A stretch of DNA of 64,000 nucleotides from positions 1,612,001 through 1,676,000 of the forward strand of contig LSRY02000012.1 in NCBI GenBank assembly GCA_001643675.2, given 5' to 3'. Below are positions 24,801 through 36,800 of this stretch, piece by piece (positions within the stretch are counted from its first letter, which is position 1; the number at the start of each line of letters is the position of its first letter). A model generated the notes under the pieces. That model saw nothing but the letters and a program-made list of their open reading frames with translations. It was not told where the DNA came from and did no database searches. The stretch is from Monocercomonoides exilis PA203 (Eukaryota > Protista > Preaxostyla). The translations under genes and the position numbers were made by a program.

Positions 24801-27800
24801 AAAGCTATTCATTTATTGAGCACTCTCATGTGATCAAGGCAGAGAAACACAATCAGACAACAATGATTTCGAATTACTCGACATCGTCATCTGCCTCATT
24901 GAAACTTAAAGAAGTGTATGAAGATCTTTATCCAAGTTACAAATCACTAAGCACTCAGCTTTTGAAGTTTTATCCATTTTTGAGAGACAATCCATTTGGC
25001 TTTGTGAAGCAAGCTGCTTTTGATTGCAATGGAAATAATGATGAAGATTGCTCTGTTAATGAGAACATAGTCAAAAGCAATGTAAATGACTGTTATGAAG
25101 ATTATGCTGTCAATGATCGAAACTGCTTAAATAAAAGGAAATCAAATAAAATATGTAATTTGCATCCTCATTTCACTATCTTTCCATATTTCTCGTTTTC
25201 GTCTCCGCTTTCTCTCACTTTTACTTCTATTCCACAGCACATGCTTCCTCCTCCGCCTTCTGCTTTGACTATTTCTTCTCCAATGCTCAGTTATGTTGCC
25301 AGACCAACAATCCCTTCTCCATCTGCGGCTACTCCAATTCTTTCATATTCTTCTTCAAAGCCAACTCCTTTAAAAACTCCTCCTTTAACGTTCCAACCTC
25401 CGCCTTCTCCTCGTTCGCCATTCGCATCTTTTACAACACTTCAAGGCGCTGCATCAGCAAACATTGCTTCCCCTCGGATTTCTTCAACTCAATACTTAAT
25501 TTCTCGTAAGGGAAGCATTTCATCATCATCTCCTCCTCCTCAGCCATTGTTCTCTCCGCTTGCATCTCGTTCAGTCTTTGCCACAGAGCAATCATCTGCT
25601 TTAGAGGATCATCAAGCTCATCAATCATCACAGACTGTCCTAACACAAACAACAGATCAGCCTGCTATTGCAGTAACAAACATGCTCCAAGCAGCTATTT
25701 CAGATGGCAATGCTTTATCTGCTTCTGTTTCTCCTTCTGAAAGCAGAAAATCAAAAAATAAACTTAAAACAAATGCTATTTCATCATCATGTTCTTCTGT
25801 TTCTTCAAATTCAACAACTGGTTCAAAGGACAAGGAGGAATGCTTATCTGTTGATGATAGTGAGGAGGAGGAGGAAGAAGATAATGACGATAATGAAATT
25901 GAATATTCTAACAGAATATATACAATCTTCTTTTCTCCATCGTCTCCATATCTGAGTTCTTCAATTGCTTTCATTCATAAATACAAACGTGCTTGTCTGT
26001 CTTTCATATACTTTGTGGTGAATTCATTGGAGCCTGCTTCGTTCCCATCTTTCTATCTGACTCATCCGATGCATAGGCACGTGTCTCACAATGCTTTTTC
26101 TGCTGCTCCCCGCCTTTGCTTCAGCTTCTTTTCAGACCTGTCAGCTATTTCTTGGCATGAGCTGAACAGAAAAAGAAAGAGAATACTAACTGGTGAAGCA
26201 AATGTGCAAACAAAAGTTGATCAGTCATTGAAAGCAGCTGGTGCAATTGCATCATCTTCCTTTGATGGTCGATTTCAGCCTTCTTTGTGCATTCCTCTCG
26301 CACAAAAGTTCTCCATCTTTTCTGATTGCTTAGATGCTCTGTGCTGCTCTTCGTGTGCTCGTTCATTGTTTCTCTCCCATCTTCAGTCGACTGCGATGAT
26401 GATTAAAAAAGCAGAATCTATAAAAAGATTGCTTTGCAAACATGTTTTTGTCTTTGGAGGTGTCAAGTTTTGTGATAATTGTTTCAAAATGGAAAGAAAA
26501 TCTTTTGAAAGTTGCAAATCTGGAGCGCAAAGCAAAAATCAGCAAGACATATTTTTGATACACTTCTCTGGTTGCAGCAATGACACAGATTCTGCTTCTC
26601 TTTGTGAATATTCTTCTGCCAGTTTTACAAATATTTCTCGTCTATTAGGCATGCCACGTTATATTTCAGATTTTATTCCTGTTCAGCGTTCAAGTGATCG
26701 TGTTGTATCAACTGGTGTTCAGAAGCCTTCTTGTTTAATTCAAACTCAACAGAATTCAGACTGTTTTCACACACTTTTTCTTCGGTCTTTCCATTCCAAT
26801 CGCTTTTTGCCTGCTTTGATTCCGACTTCTGATTCTTCACACTTCAATCCACAAAAAGATTGCTGCTATTTTTCAGTGGACTTACAAAATTCTCATGTTA
26901 AATCCATTCCTTCTTCAAAAACGAGCTCACATTTTGTTCCATTTCTTGGTAATCAACAATCGCGACAGATTTCATCAGGATTTCACCAAACGTTCATCTC
27001 GCATAAAGAAAGAGGAATACTTTCCGATAGACTCCAACTGCTATGTGATTGCTCTCCGCTTTATTTGTCGTCATTAATAACTTCATCGAATATGAATGCA
27101 TCTGGGGAGAACTTATCAATCATTGAGAAATCTGTAGAAGACAGCACAATGACCACTTCGAACGTTGCCCAATTTCTTATTACAGAAGCGCAAAAAACGA
27201 CATCTCAAAATTCGAACAGGGATAGCTTCAAAGAAGATTCTTCAAATAGTTCAATTGAAGCCCTTCATTCTCATTCTGATTCCCCCAAAACAACAAAAAT
27301 TGTCACAGTACAAGCCATTCGCTCATTTGTTATGAATCAAACAAATAAAACTTCTGATTGCGCTCCAGAAGATGAAGGTCTAATATCGGAAGCACAAATT
27401 CCTTTGTCTCCATCTCTTGCACCGTCTCTTTTGTCTCCTCATCCAACGGATCTTGCTGATGAAGAGTTGAACACACAGATTTCAAAAATGTTTGCTTCCA
27501 ATAAATCTTGCAGCATTTTAAAATCGATAATGAGGACAAAATCTTCAATTACGCAGGATGATATTCAATCAATGACTTCTTTTATCAATCCTTTTGCATC
27601 ACATTTCTCTTTCAAATTTTTGTGCGAAAAACTATCTTGGCATCGCATCAACGAGCTTATTCCGTTATTAATACGATCTTTGCATCATCCACAGGGAAAT
27701 CAACTTATGCAGTCCTCTTATTTGCTTTCATTTTACTCAAGTTCACAGCAATTAACTCCTTCTGTCACGCCTTTGGCTTTCGCTTCTTATTTATCTGCAG

Positions 27801-28108
27801 TTATTGATGCCTTAAACTTCGATTTAAAAAGGAGTGAAGAAATTGTTGGAATATCAGAATGTACCAATTTTAACAGTCGGAATAAAAGTGAATTTCAAAA
27901 AATGATCAAAAAATTGGAAAGAAAATGCATTAGAAATGATGCAGAATTGTCTGATGCGTTCATGTGGATCCAAAAGAATCTTATCTGCGCTTTAGGAAAG
28001 AATCAATGTTCGCATTCATTTAATTTTTCAAATAAAATGGTTGAAATTAAAGTTGTTTTATTTTCTTTGAGAGATGAAATGAAATGGAAGAGCCTTTTTT
28101 CATTGTAA
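15842..28108 (+). CDS. Giant (~3950 aa) protein with N-terminal STK11IP/nischarin-like LRR domain
   Basis: Exons 15842-15940, 16011-16403, 16470-16513, 16604-16955 and 17153-28108. The spliced N-terminus reads PIDLTQAPQLKKLILKGIP..GLRQASRTLTSLICEDSL..WSNLSFLSLSHNQFRTIDESL..LDLSNNELEEISSLRAPRLRTLILHHNRL..LDVGYNQL plus an LRR cap (YRIRLFLLF..LMID), followed by an 11-kb Ser-rich exon. Confidence 0.8.
17513..17659 (+). repeat. Coding (KE)n hexanucleotide repeat
   Basis: About 24 units of AARGAR encoding KEKEKE... Confidence 0.95.
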
Positions 28109-28441
28109 TATGGAGTAATTGTTTTTATTCCGAAATATTTACAAATGTTTCCTTCTTTCGTGAAAAATGAGTATCTCTTTTTATCTTTATTATGTATGAA
28201 TTTTGTTATTGCAATTATTATAATTTTTATGTTGCTTGTTATTTATGTTTTCGCTTAAAATGAGCGCGAGGATAAGACTTTTTATTGGAAAAAATTTTTT
28301 GAAAGCTTTTCTTTTCTTTTTTGCAATGAAAATTTAATATGTTTTTAATACGAGCACCAAAAAGCATCGGTTTCAAAAAGCAATCTTTAAGATTCTTTTT
28401 TGCGTTAAAAATTCATTTTAACTTACAAATTTATGCTAGCT

Positions 28442-30544
28442 TCAAGTTGGCTTCCAGTAATCATCATCAAATTGAATGTATGTTATATGCCACTGTGGAT
28501 GCCCTATCAAACTCAATATGCGAACTGCCTTATCAGAAATTCTATCACTTACACCCGAGTTGATGTGAGCGAATAAGAAGTCGTCTCCGCCCTCTTCTTC
28601 CAGCATTTGCAACACGCATTGAACAGTCTTTGACATTTCTTTTGGCGAATCTATTTCAACGTCTGGTACAAATATATCGGATGATGGCAAATGATGCATG
28701 CATTCAGATGAAATTTGCATATCAGATCTGCTCTTTCGCGTGCCAATTGCTGGTGGAGATCGAGACCTTTTTATAGTAAAAAACGAAGACTGTTGCGAAA
28801 CACCACGTCTGGTTGTATGCAATAATCCTTGCTTTTGACTTTCTCTATTGTAAATCTCTGGCATCTCTTTGATCAGCCTCTTTTCGTGCGGCATTATTCC
28901 ATATTTTGCATCCTCAAATTGAAGATTATTTGTATTATATTTATCCGACGACTCGGCACTTTCATCATCGTCTTCTATTTCGTCTTCCACATGACATTCA
29001 TTTTCTTGGTTGCGCATCAGCTGGCCTGCTAGTTCAGAATTTCCTCCAAGATAAGCTTTTGTTAACAAACAAAAGACAATCAGAATTTCCGTTTCTAAAA
29101 TTTCAGCATTCTCTTCATTTATCGCACATAAGTTTTCAATCACAACAGGTACAAATCCCTCTGATGAAAGCGAATCTAATGCACTTATTGGAAGGCGAGT
29201 TACACATTCCAATATGAAGCGAAGTGAGAGATGAGAAAGATCAGCTATTTGGATTCTTGTCTGTAGAACTAAATGATGCGTTGAGAAGTGAAAAGCAGAA
29301 GTGTGAAAGCGAATGAGCCGAAGTATTTGAATAATTATTTTCGGACATTGGCGAAAAAGTTGTGTTGCAAATGTGTGAGAAATGCTCATGCAGTTGATGA
29401 GTGAAGTGACACATCCATACAAAATTTGATAAGATGAAAAAGATGAAAAGGGAGGATGCAGTTGAGGTGGATATGAAAACGTAGGCCTCAAAAGAAATTC
29501 CGTTGGAAGTATCGGAATATCTTCTTTGTCTGTGAAGAAAATCATTTCATCATCAAAAGCATCTCCTCTTTCATCAAATTTTAGATCTTTTTGAAAACTA
29601 TCTGTAGCTATTTCAGTTGTCATTGAATCATTTTTTGTTTGCGATGAAGAAAAAAAGATTGCTTTGCTTTCTTTTTCCAACAGAAATAAATTGTTCATGA
29701 TTAATGAAGCTGTCGTTATTGCCAATGCATTCCATTGATCTTTTGCTCTGCATTCATTTGAACGGCAAAAATATAAGCTGCTGAGTATGAAAAGTGCTTC
29801 GTTTAGAATATGTAATTTAATGCACGAATTCAGCCAATAATTATTAGAAATTTTTCCTTTTAGTCCAAATTGAGATGATATTGATTCTACAGCTTTATCA
29901 GTATCAGAATATGAATGTGACTCAGTAAATAAAGATGATGCTTGCGTTAAATTCGAATGTTGATACTTGAATTTCGAATAAGAATTACATGATGTTTCGA
30001 GGAATGGATATAGAATATCAGTTATTCCACGAAAACCACAAAAATTTTGATCTTTTCCAACCAAGCATCGCAATGCAAGAAGACTTTGAGCTATTAAAAA
30101 CTGATGATCTAATGAATCGCTTTTGCATTCGATAGGCTTTAGAAGAATTTGAACAAATTTTTTTTTAATTCCAATAAGTTGATGTCTTCCTTTTTCAAGA
30201 AATGAGACGATATGTGCTACAATAGACAATTGAGATTGACTAACCGCTTCACGCTTTAATAGAAAATGAAAATTTTGAAGGCAACCATTTTCAACGAATA
30301 AAGCATATAGAGGATTCTCATCAAACATCGAACTTCTCAAAACTCCCCGAAGTGTGATCATTCTAATAAACAAAAGTGTAAAAGATTCAACTGATGTATC
30401 TAAATTAATGTTCCTTGCTGACTCAAAAAATTTCCTTAATCTGACATGACTAACAAGTTGAATTATTTCTGGAACAGTCATTTGATCAAGAATTGAAGAA
30501 ATATTACGAGATAGACGTCGTTTTTCAAAGGATTTGCTTGCCAT
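28442..30544 (-). CDS. Hypothetical helical (ARM-like) protein, 700 aa
   Basis: Long intronless ORF with ATG and stop, and Leu-rich helical segments. No diagnostic motif recognised. Confidence 0.8.
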   Translation of the reverse strand: MASKSFEKRRLSRNISSILDQMTVPEIIQLVSHVRLRKFFESARNINLDTSVESFTLLFIRMITLRGVLRSSMFDENPLYALFVENGCLQNFHFLLKREAVSQSQLSIVAHIVSFLEKGRHQLIGIKKKFVQILLKPIECKSDSLDHQFLIAQSLLALRCLVGKDQNFCGFRGITDILYPFLETSCNSYSKFKYQHSNLTQASSLFTESHSYSDTDKAVESISSQFGLKGKISNNYWLNSCIKLHILNEALFILSSLYFCRSNECRAKDQWNALAITTASLIMNNLFLLEKESKAIFFSSSQTKNDSMTTEIATDSFQKDLKFDERGDAFDDEMIFFTDKEDIPILPTEFLLRPTFSYPPQLHPPFSSFSSYQILYGCVTSLINCMSISHTFATQLFRQCPKIIIQILRLIRFHTSAFHFSTHHLVLQTRIQIADLSHLSLRFILECVTRLPISALDSLSSEGFVPVVIENLCAINEENAEILETEILIVFCLLTKAYLGGNSELAGQLMRNQENECHVEDEIEDDDESAESSDKYNTNNLQFEDAKYGIMPHEKRLIKEMPEIYNRESQKQGLLHTTRRGVSQQSSFFTIKRSRSPPAIGTRKSRSDMQISSECMHHLPSSDIFVPDVEIDSPKEMSKTVQCVLQMLEEEGGDDFLFAHINSGVSDRISDKAVRILSLIGHPQWHITYIQFDDDYWKPT

Positions 30545-30816
30545 AGATTGAAATAATAGTTCTGAAAATGTAGTGTAATATTATTTTTTGAAAAATATTT
30601 GAATGTTTTGCATCAATTACTTTATAAAAATGACTATTTTAAATAAATAAAAGATACCAATGGTTAAATCGATTTTGCAGCAGCATTCCTCCTCTAAGCT
30701 ATTTATCATCATAGAATCATAAATGTTTATAATTTCGCCGAATGTTTAGTTAAAATTAATTCTTGAATCCTAAAAAAATTTACAATAAAAAATATCACAT
30801 TCCCTTTACTTTTGTT

Positions 30817-32795
30817 ATGAGTAAAAAAAAGGAAAATGAAAATATTTCCAACGCTTTAATGGCAGCTGCCATGCAGGTCTGAAATATATGGCTTATTTTA
30901 TTTGTGCGCATTTATATGTTTTGCAAAAATGTGATATAACTCAAGGATCAACTTCTCCGAAAATTTGGTTTTAAATCTTCAAAAACTCGATCAAAAACTT
31001 TCAAACCTGCTCCTTTAATTCCTCAGAAAGACAGACCTCCTTTGACTTTAGGTGTTTAAAGGAAATTTGTTTCATTTAATTAGATTTACGCTCTTCCTTC
31101 AAATGCTTTGATTAGCTCAAAGACTTGGACTTGAGCCACCTCCAGCTCCTTTTATGACAGATGAAAAATGGAATGAGTCTGAAATTTTGCTTTGCTTTTA
31201 ATTTTAACAACAATTATTTTTCATGAAGTTAGAGTCCATGAAAAGGCTGCTGAAAGAGATGATAGAATGTGTGGTATTTGTAGAGAAAACTATGGAACAG
31301 AAGATGACCAAATTTTACTTCCATGCAGTCATATGTTTCATAAGGTTTAATGTTCTGTGCACTTATGGTTTTGTTTTAAAAAGTTTTGAAATATCTTTAG
31401 CATTGTCTTGACACTTTTGAAAAATTTTCGGGCACTTCGCAATGTCCCATTTGCCGAAAAGAGAATGAATACAAAGAGCGTTTGCATATTCACGATGGAT
31501 TAGAGAAGCTTCGAAATGAATCAGCAATAAAGTATTCAATTTTCAAGAAAAGACTGATAAAATTTAATTTCATTTTCAATCCGAAATTTCACAATAAAAA
31601 ATATTTTTTTCTGTGTTTTTCTTATACGCTCTAAGAATTCAATCTCTTTGGAGAGGATATAGAGTTCGAAAAGACTTTCGAATACAGCCAAAAGATCAAA
31701 AAAGGAAGAGAGCACTAATTGCTGCAAAAGTTTGTTTTGGAAAGAAGATAATCCATTTTGTTAGAAAAACATTTATTTATCTTTTTTTGACATATCGTTG
31801 ACAATATCATCATCTTTTGTTAACATTTCTTTGCATTCTTGTTAGATGGAATATCTTTCATACAAAATGGAAAAATCCCAAGACACCAGAGAAGCTTTAG
31901 TTACGTTTGCCACTTTTTTATTAATTCGATTCTTAAAGATGTTTTGACGACGGATTTGCTTGAATGCGTACTACTTTGCGTTTCATTCCGTTTTAATTCA
32001 TTTTCCCTTATGAAATTTTTTTTCTTTTCATTGATTTATTTTCTATTGAACTAAAACATTAAATTTTAATTAAGTTCGTTTTTAGCATCGATTGATGAAT
32101 GCGTTTCTGAGGCGAGAATTGCCATGCATGGAATAGCAAAGATAGATTGGGAGCATGTGATTGCCGTTGGGGTTGGAAGAATCGAAGGGGAGAAATGCGA
32201 AAAAAAGAAGTCTCATCTAAAAAGTGCCTGTCCGGGTGATCATTGCAAGAGTTGTGAAGATAAAGAAAAAGACGAGGATTCAGAAGAGGCTGACGAAAAG
32301 GAAGGCATTTGTCCTATCTGTCTGCAAAAATTGATTGGATTAAGCATGGCATCTGCACTTCGATCGGTCGGACATCAATCATCTTCGCTTTCCAGTTCTT
32401 CTGTGCCTTCTTCTACTGCTACTACTACAACTGCTACAAATTCTTCTTCTTCATCTTCTTCTTTCAAAGGTCACACATCAAATATTACAGCAAATAGTGC
32501 ATCAAAGGTTAGTAACAGATCAGTTAAAGGAACTAAAGCAGCTAACGACGGAGCTAAAATAGATCATCGATCAAGTCATTATCATCAGCCTATTTCTTCA
32601 AAGACAAGTGCAAAAGCTGCTTCCGCTATTTCAATGGGCGATGAATCTCAAGCTACATATAAATCACTAACTATTCTAAGTTGCACACACATATTTCACA
32701 CTGCATGTTTGTGTTCTTTCGAATCATACGCAAAGATTGGATCAATACCTATTTGTCCTGTTTGTAGATCTCCTTACGAAAAGAAAATTCTGTAA
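30817..32795 (+). CDS. RNF32: RING finger protein 32 homolog (RING-IQ-RING), 8 exons
   Basis: Introns start at 30877, 31052, 31177, 31345, 31532, 31730 and 31905. Spliced product: AAAMQDQL..PPLTLAQRLGL..CGICRENY..LLPCSHMFHKHCLDTFEKF..CPICRK..IHDG..KIQSLWRGYRVRK..CPICLQKL..LSCTHIFHTACLCSFE..CPVCRSPYEKKIL*, the RNF32 architecture. Confidence 0.88.
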
Positions 32796-33813
32796 AAGTT
32801 TCCCACAAAGCCCAACATTTTCGAAAAACGAAATGACTTGTAAAAAGTTTTGTATTATAACTTTCTGTTAAAATTCATTTTGGAAATGCTATTTTATTAT
32901 TTCTGATGCTTATCTTTCAAATTTTATTATATGAATTTTTTACTGTAGCTTTGAAAACAAAGAACATGTATCTGAGCTTGAATTTTTATGTAAAATGACA
33001 ATGAATGCAACGTTCCATCATCTTGTTTTTTTTTCAAAAAAAAAAAAAAGATGAAAAATTGTGAAAAGTTCAAGAGTTATCGGAAGAAATTGAATAAGGA
33101 GCATTTCAATGTTCGTCGAAATTTTTGTGGCTTGTGAGAAAGAGATGATCGAGTTATGTGAGTAAAATGTTCAGAAAATCATTTTCTTCAGAGAGCATAG
33201 ACTGAAAAAGAAATATGCAAAGGATGAAAATTTCACAAAAAATCTCTGCTATTGTTTGCTAGCATTCCTGTTCACATTTCTCTGTTTCCAATTCTCATCA
33301 ATTCTCTTTTTCTTCTTCCTCTTCTTCCTCTTCTTCTTCCTCTTCCACTCGTGCTCTAGCGTTTGTATCGCAAGGCTTCTTCCGATTCATCACGTCGTTT
33401 TCATTTTTTTTATTGGATTTCTTTTGACTCTGCATCTGCATCAGATAAAATGAGAGAAATGAAAAAGGGGAAAGATATTTTCAAGGAACTGAATCTTCAA
33501 GAATCCAAAGAAGAGAAATGAAAGAATCAAAATATTTGGAGTTGAAAGAGAACAGAAAGTAAGAAAGAGAAGGCTTGGAGTTTAAAGAGGATCGAGATCA
33601 GATATCTTGTTCAGTCAGGTTTTTTGGGTTTCAATTTGATCACAATTCGATGAAAAGAGAAAATATATCTCAGAAGATTTTCAAATATTTGGTATTATTA
33701 TTTGACAAAATACGATCAAGTTTGAATTTCGGAATTATCAAATCGAATTAAATGATGCTGAATTATTTTCTAGAAGAACAAATTGTCAATAAATAATATT
33801 TCAAAAATGGTTT

Positions 33814-36800
33814 ATGAAGCAATTCCATTATTGTTGTTTCCAAATGATTCTTTTTGTTTTTCTTGAATATCTCTTCTCAACGATTGACTGCAAAGACAAA
33901 AACGATAGAACAATTGAAGGATCCGATGCTTTCCGTGTTCCTGATTTATTTAGAAGTCAAGTTTTTGAAAAAGGAAGTGTTGTTCATGTGTTCTGTGAAA
34001 TTCACAACTCATCAGCCGAATTGAAGGGGTTGTTGCTTGAAAAGCCAGACGATTCTGTTGTTTTTGGCATTTGTGCAAAATCATTCCTGTGCCTTGATAA
34101 CTGTTTGTTGATGAGAAAATGCAGTTTTTATGCACCATATATTGATAATCGAGGAGCGTGTGAGATGATAAATACTTCTTTTGGTGTTGGAAATGGTTGG
34201 GGATGTGAATTGATGGCAAGTCTTGTGAAGATGGGAGCTGAAGATTCATCGTTGGTTGTGAGAAGCAGTGAGTGGAAGAACGTTGTGTTTGGTGGAAGTG
34301 GAGGCAGCTTTTTGAGAGATGGTTCAGGAAATTATGAAGGGATAAAAAACTGCATGTTTGCGAATATCACAATGAAATTCATGGAAACGGAAAAAATACC
34401 AGTTGATCACATATCAGTCATGAAATTTAGCAGAATGGAGGATTGTGATGTTGAGAACTCGATGAATGTGTTGGAGGGAGGAATTGTGAGTGGAACAGAA
34501 GGATCTGTTTCTTTTTCCTGCAACAATTGCACCTTCCATCACAACGAAAGGGTGGATCGGAAAGTCAAAAATACAGGCAGACTGACAACAACTGAGACAC
34601 AGAACTTCATGAATGCTGAATGGATTGGCTGTTCATCCGAGTGTGGCGGAGCACTGTATGTGCATGACAACGAGAATGCGACACTGACAGTGGAGAATTC
34701 ATCATTTGTGAAATGCAACGCGACTTTAACAAGAGGTGGAGGTATTTTTGCTTTGAGCATTGCAGAATGCACCGTGAAGCATTCCACATTTGTTGAGTGT
34801 TGTTGTGTTGCCTCCACAAATTGCGGGGGAGCCGGGATGGAATTAGAAGGGATGAGAATTCAAGTGCTTGTTGATAATTGTTTTTTCAAGGATGGATGGA
34901 CAGGCAATGATGGTGGAGGATTGGGAATTTGGAGTTCAAAAACAACAAAAACAAAAGATTGCATTTTCGATTGTTATTTCCAAAACTGTAGCGGATGTCA
35001 CACAACAAATACCGATGGAGGAGGGTTTATAAATTGGCTTCCTAATGATATAGTTGTCACTCGAAACTGCCTTTTTCAAGGATGCCATTCAGATTTTCGA
35101 GGAGGAGCTATGAGCATGATGACAAATGGATATAATGGAAATCTTTTGTGGTTTTGTTTCTTCCACAATAATTCATCGCCAAATGGAAATGACATAAGTG
35201 TTTTTGAGAATTCCACAGATTCACAAATTGCATGGTGTTATTCGACAAGAACTGAAGGTGTGAGATGTTATGTTAATGGAACAGACAAAAGCGATTGGCT
35301 TCCAAATGTGGGTGGAAGAAGCAGATTTGTGGCTTCAACTCAAGTTCAGGAAAATGCGAAAGACACATTCAGCTGTGGATTGAATGAAAGTTGTGCATGC
35401 CTCACAATCAGCCATTGCCTGACCCAAATGATTGTTGGATTTGTGAAGGAAATCAAGGTGCTTTCTGGAACAGTTTTGGAAGGAAAAGGAGTGAATGCTG
35501 GGGAGAAAACAATCTCTGTGAATGGAGCTTCTCCCTCTGGCTCAGCCATTGATACAAAATTTGATGCAACTGGATTGTGTTTGTTTTGTGTTGGAACAGG
35601 GAAATTGGCTGTGAGTGATCTGTCTGTGGTTCACAACACATCAGATGAAAACAACCGACAAAGCAGATTGTTTGAGGTTCAAGGGGCTGGAGGGATCAAT
35701 TTGGAGAGATTGAACATATCGATGGATGCAGCTCATTCGGAAGAGAGGATCATTCAGAACTCACTTGTGAAAGTGGAAAGGGGAGAGTTGAAGATGCAAG
35801 ATGTGAGATGGGGCAGAACATTCAGCGCAACAAGCATGATATCTCTTTATCAAGAATCATCTGTTTCATTGTCTCTGGATAACTGCACATTCACCAACAT
35901 TGTGAGGACAATAGCAGGATCATCGCTGATGAATGTGGGTGAAGGGTCGCATTCGATAACTCTTGAAGGATGCACGATTGATGGCTGTGGGAGTGAAGCC
36001 TCTGGTTTTGGAGGAGGCATGATGGTTGAAGTGGGGAGTGGTTGTTCATTGACGATGAGTGAAGGTTCCGTGAATAACTGTTATGCCTCAACCACACAAG
36101 GCAGAGGAGGAGGGATTGGGCTGAAAGTGAGGGAAACAAATGCAGATTTTCTGATTTCATCGACATTTGAAAGAAACAGAGCCAAATGGGGAAGTGATAT
36201 TTTTGTTGATTCGATAAATTTGGAAACGACTGCAAGAAGTGGGAAGATCACTTTATTGACAGCCTCGTTTGAAACAAAGAGCAAGATACAAGGATATGAT
36301 AATGGAGATGAATCAGCTCCAATTCCGCTTTGTGTTTATCTGATTCCTTTGCCAGATGAGATTTCTGTGAGCAGTGCTGATGCATTTGATCATTCTCACT
36401 GTGGATTTGCTGAGTTTCCATGTCTGACTCTGAAACATTCACTGACAAGGCAAGAGGAAGAAAGGAAGATTGTTATTGATGGGATGATCGAAATGCAAGA
36501 TGAGCTGATGTTCGACTCCTTTAAACACACGATCAGAGGGAAAGATGGAAACAGTGGATGGAAGGTAAGCAACGGTCCGAATGGAGTGAGAGAAAATATG
36601 ATAACAATCAGTGCAAATGCGAATATGAGCTCACTTGTTTTTTCTGTTCCATCTGTTCTCCAAAGTCATGAAGCATTCTTCAGTTCCGCATCATATTCAT
36701 TTTCGCTTGAGAGCTGCTCGCTGACTTTTCAAGACGCTCAATCAGCGCTATCTTTTGTGTTTTTGTCAGCAACAGCAGGAGAGGTTTTTGTTTCATCGTT

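Noticed and set aside
31940-31978. Possible extra RNF32 exon with a non-canonical donor
   Set aside because: A single GT-AG intron at 31905-32074 restores the frame (ALVT|SFLASIDECV) without it.
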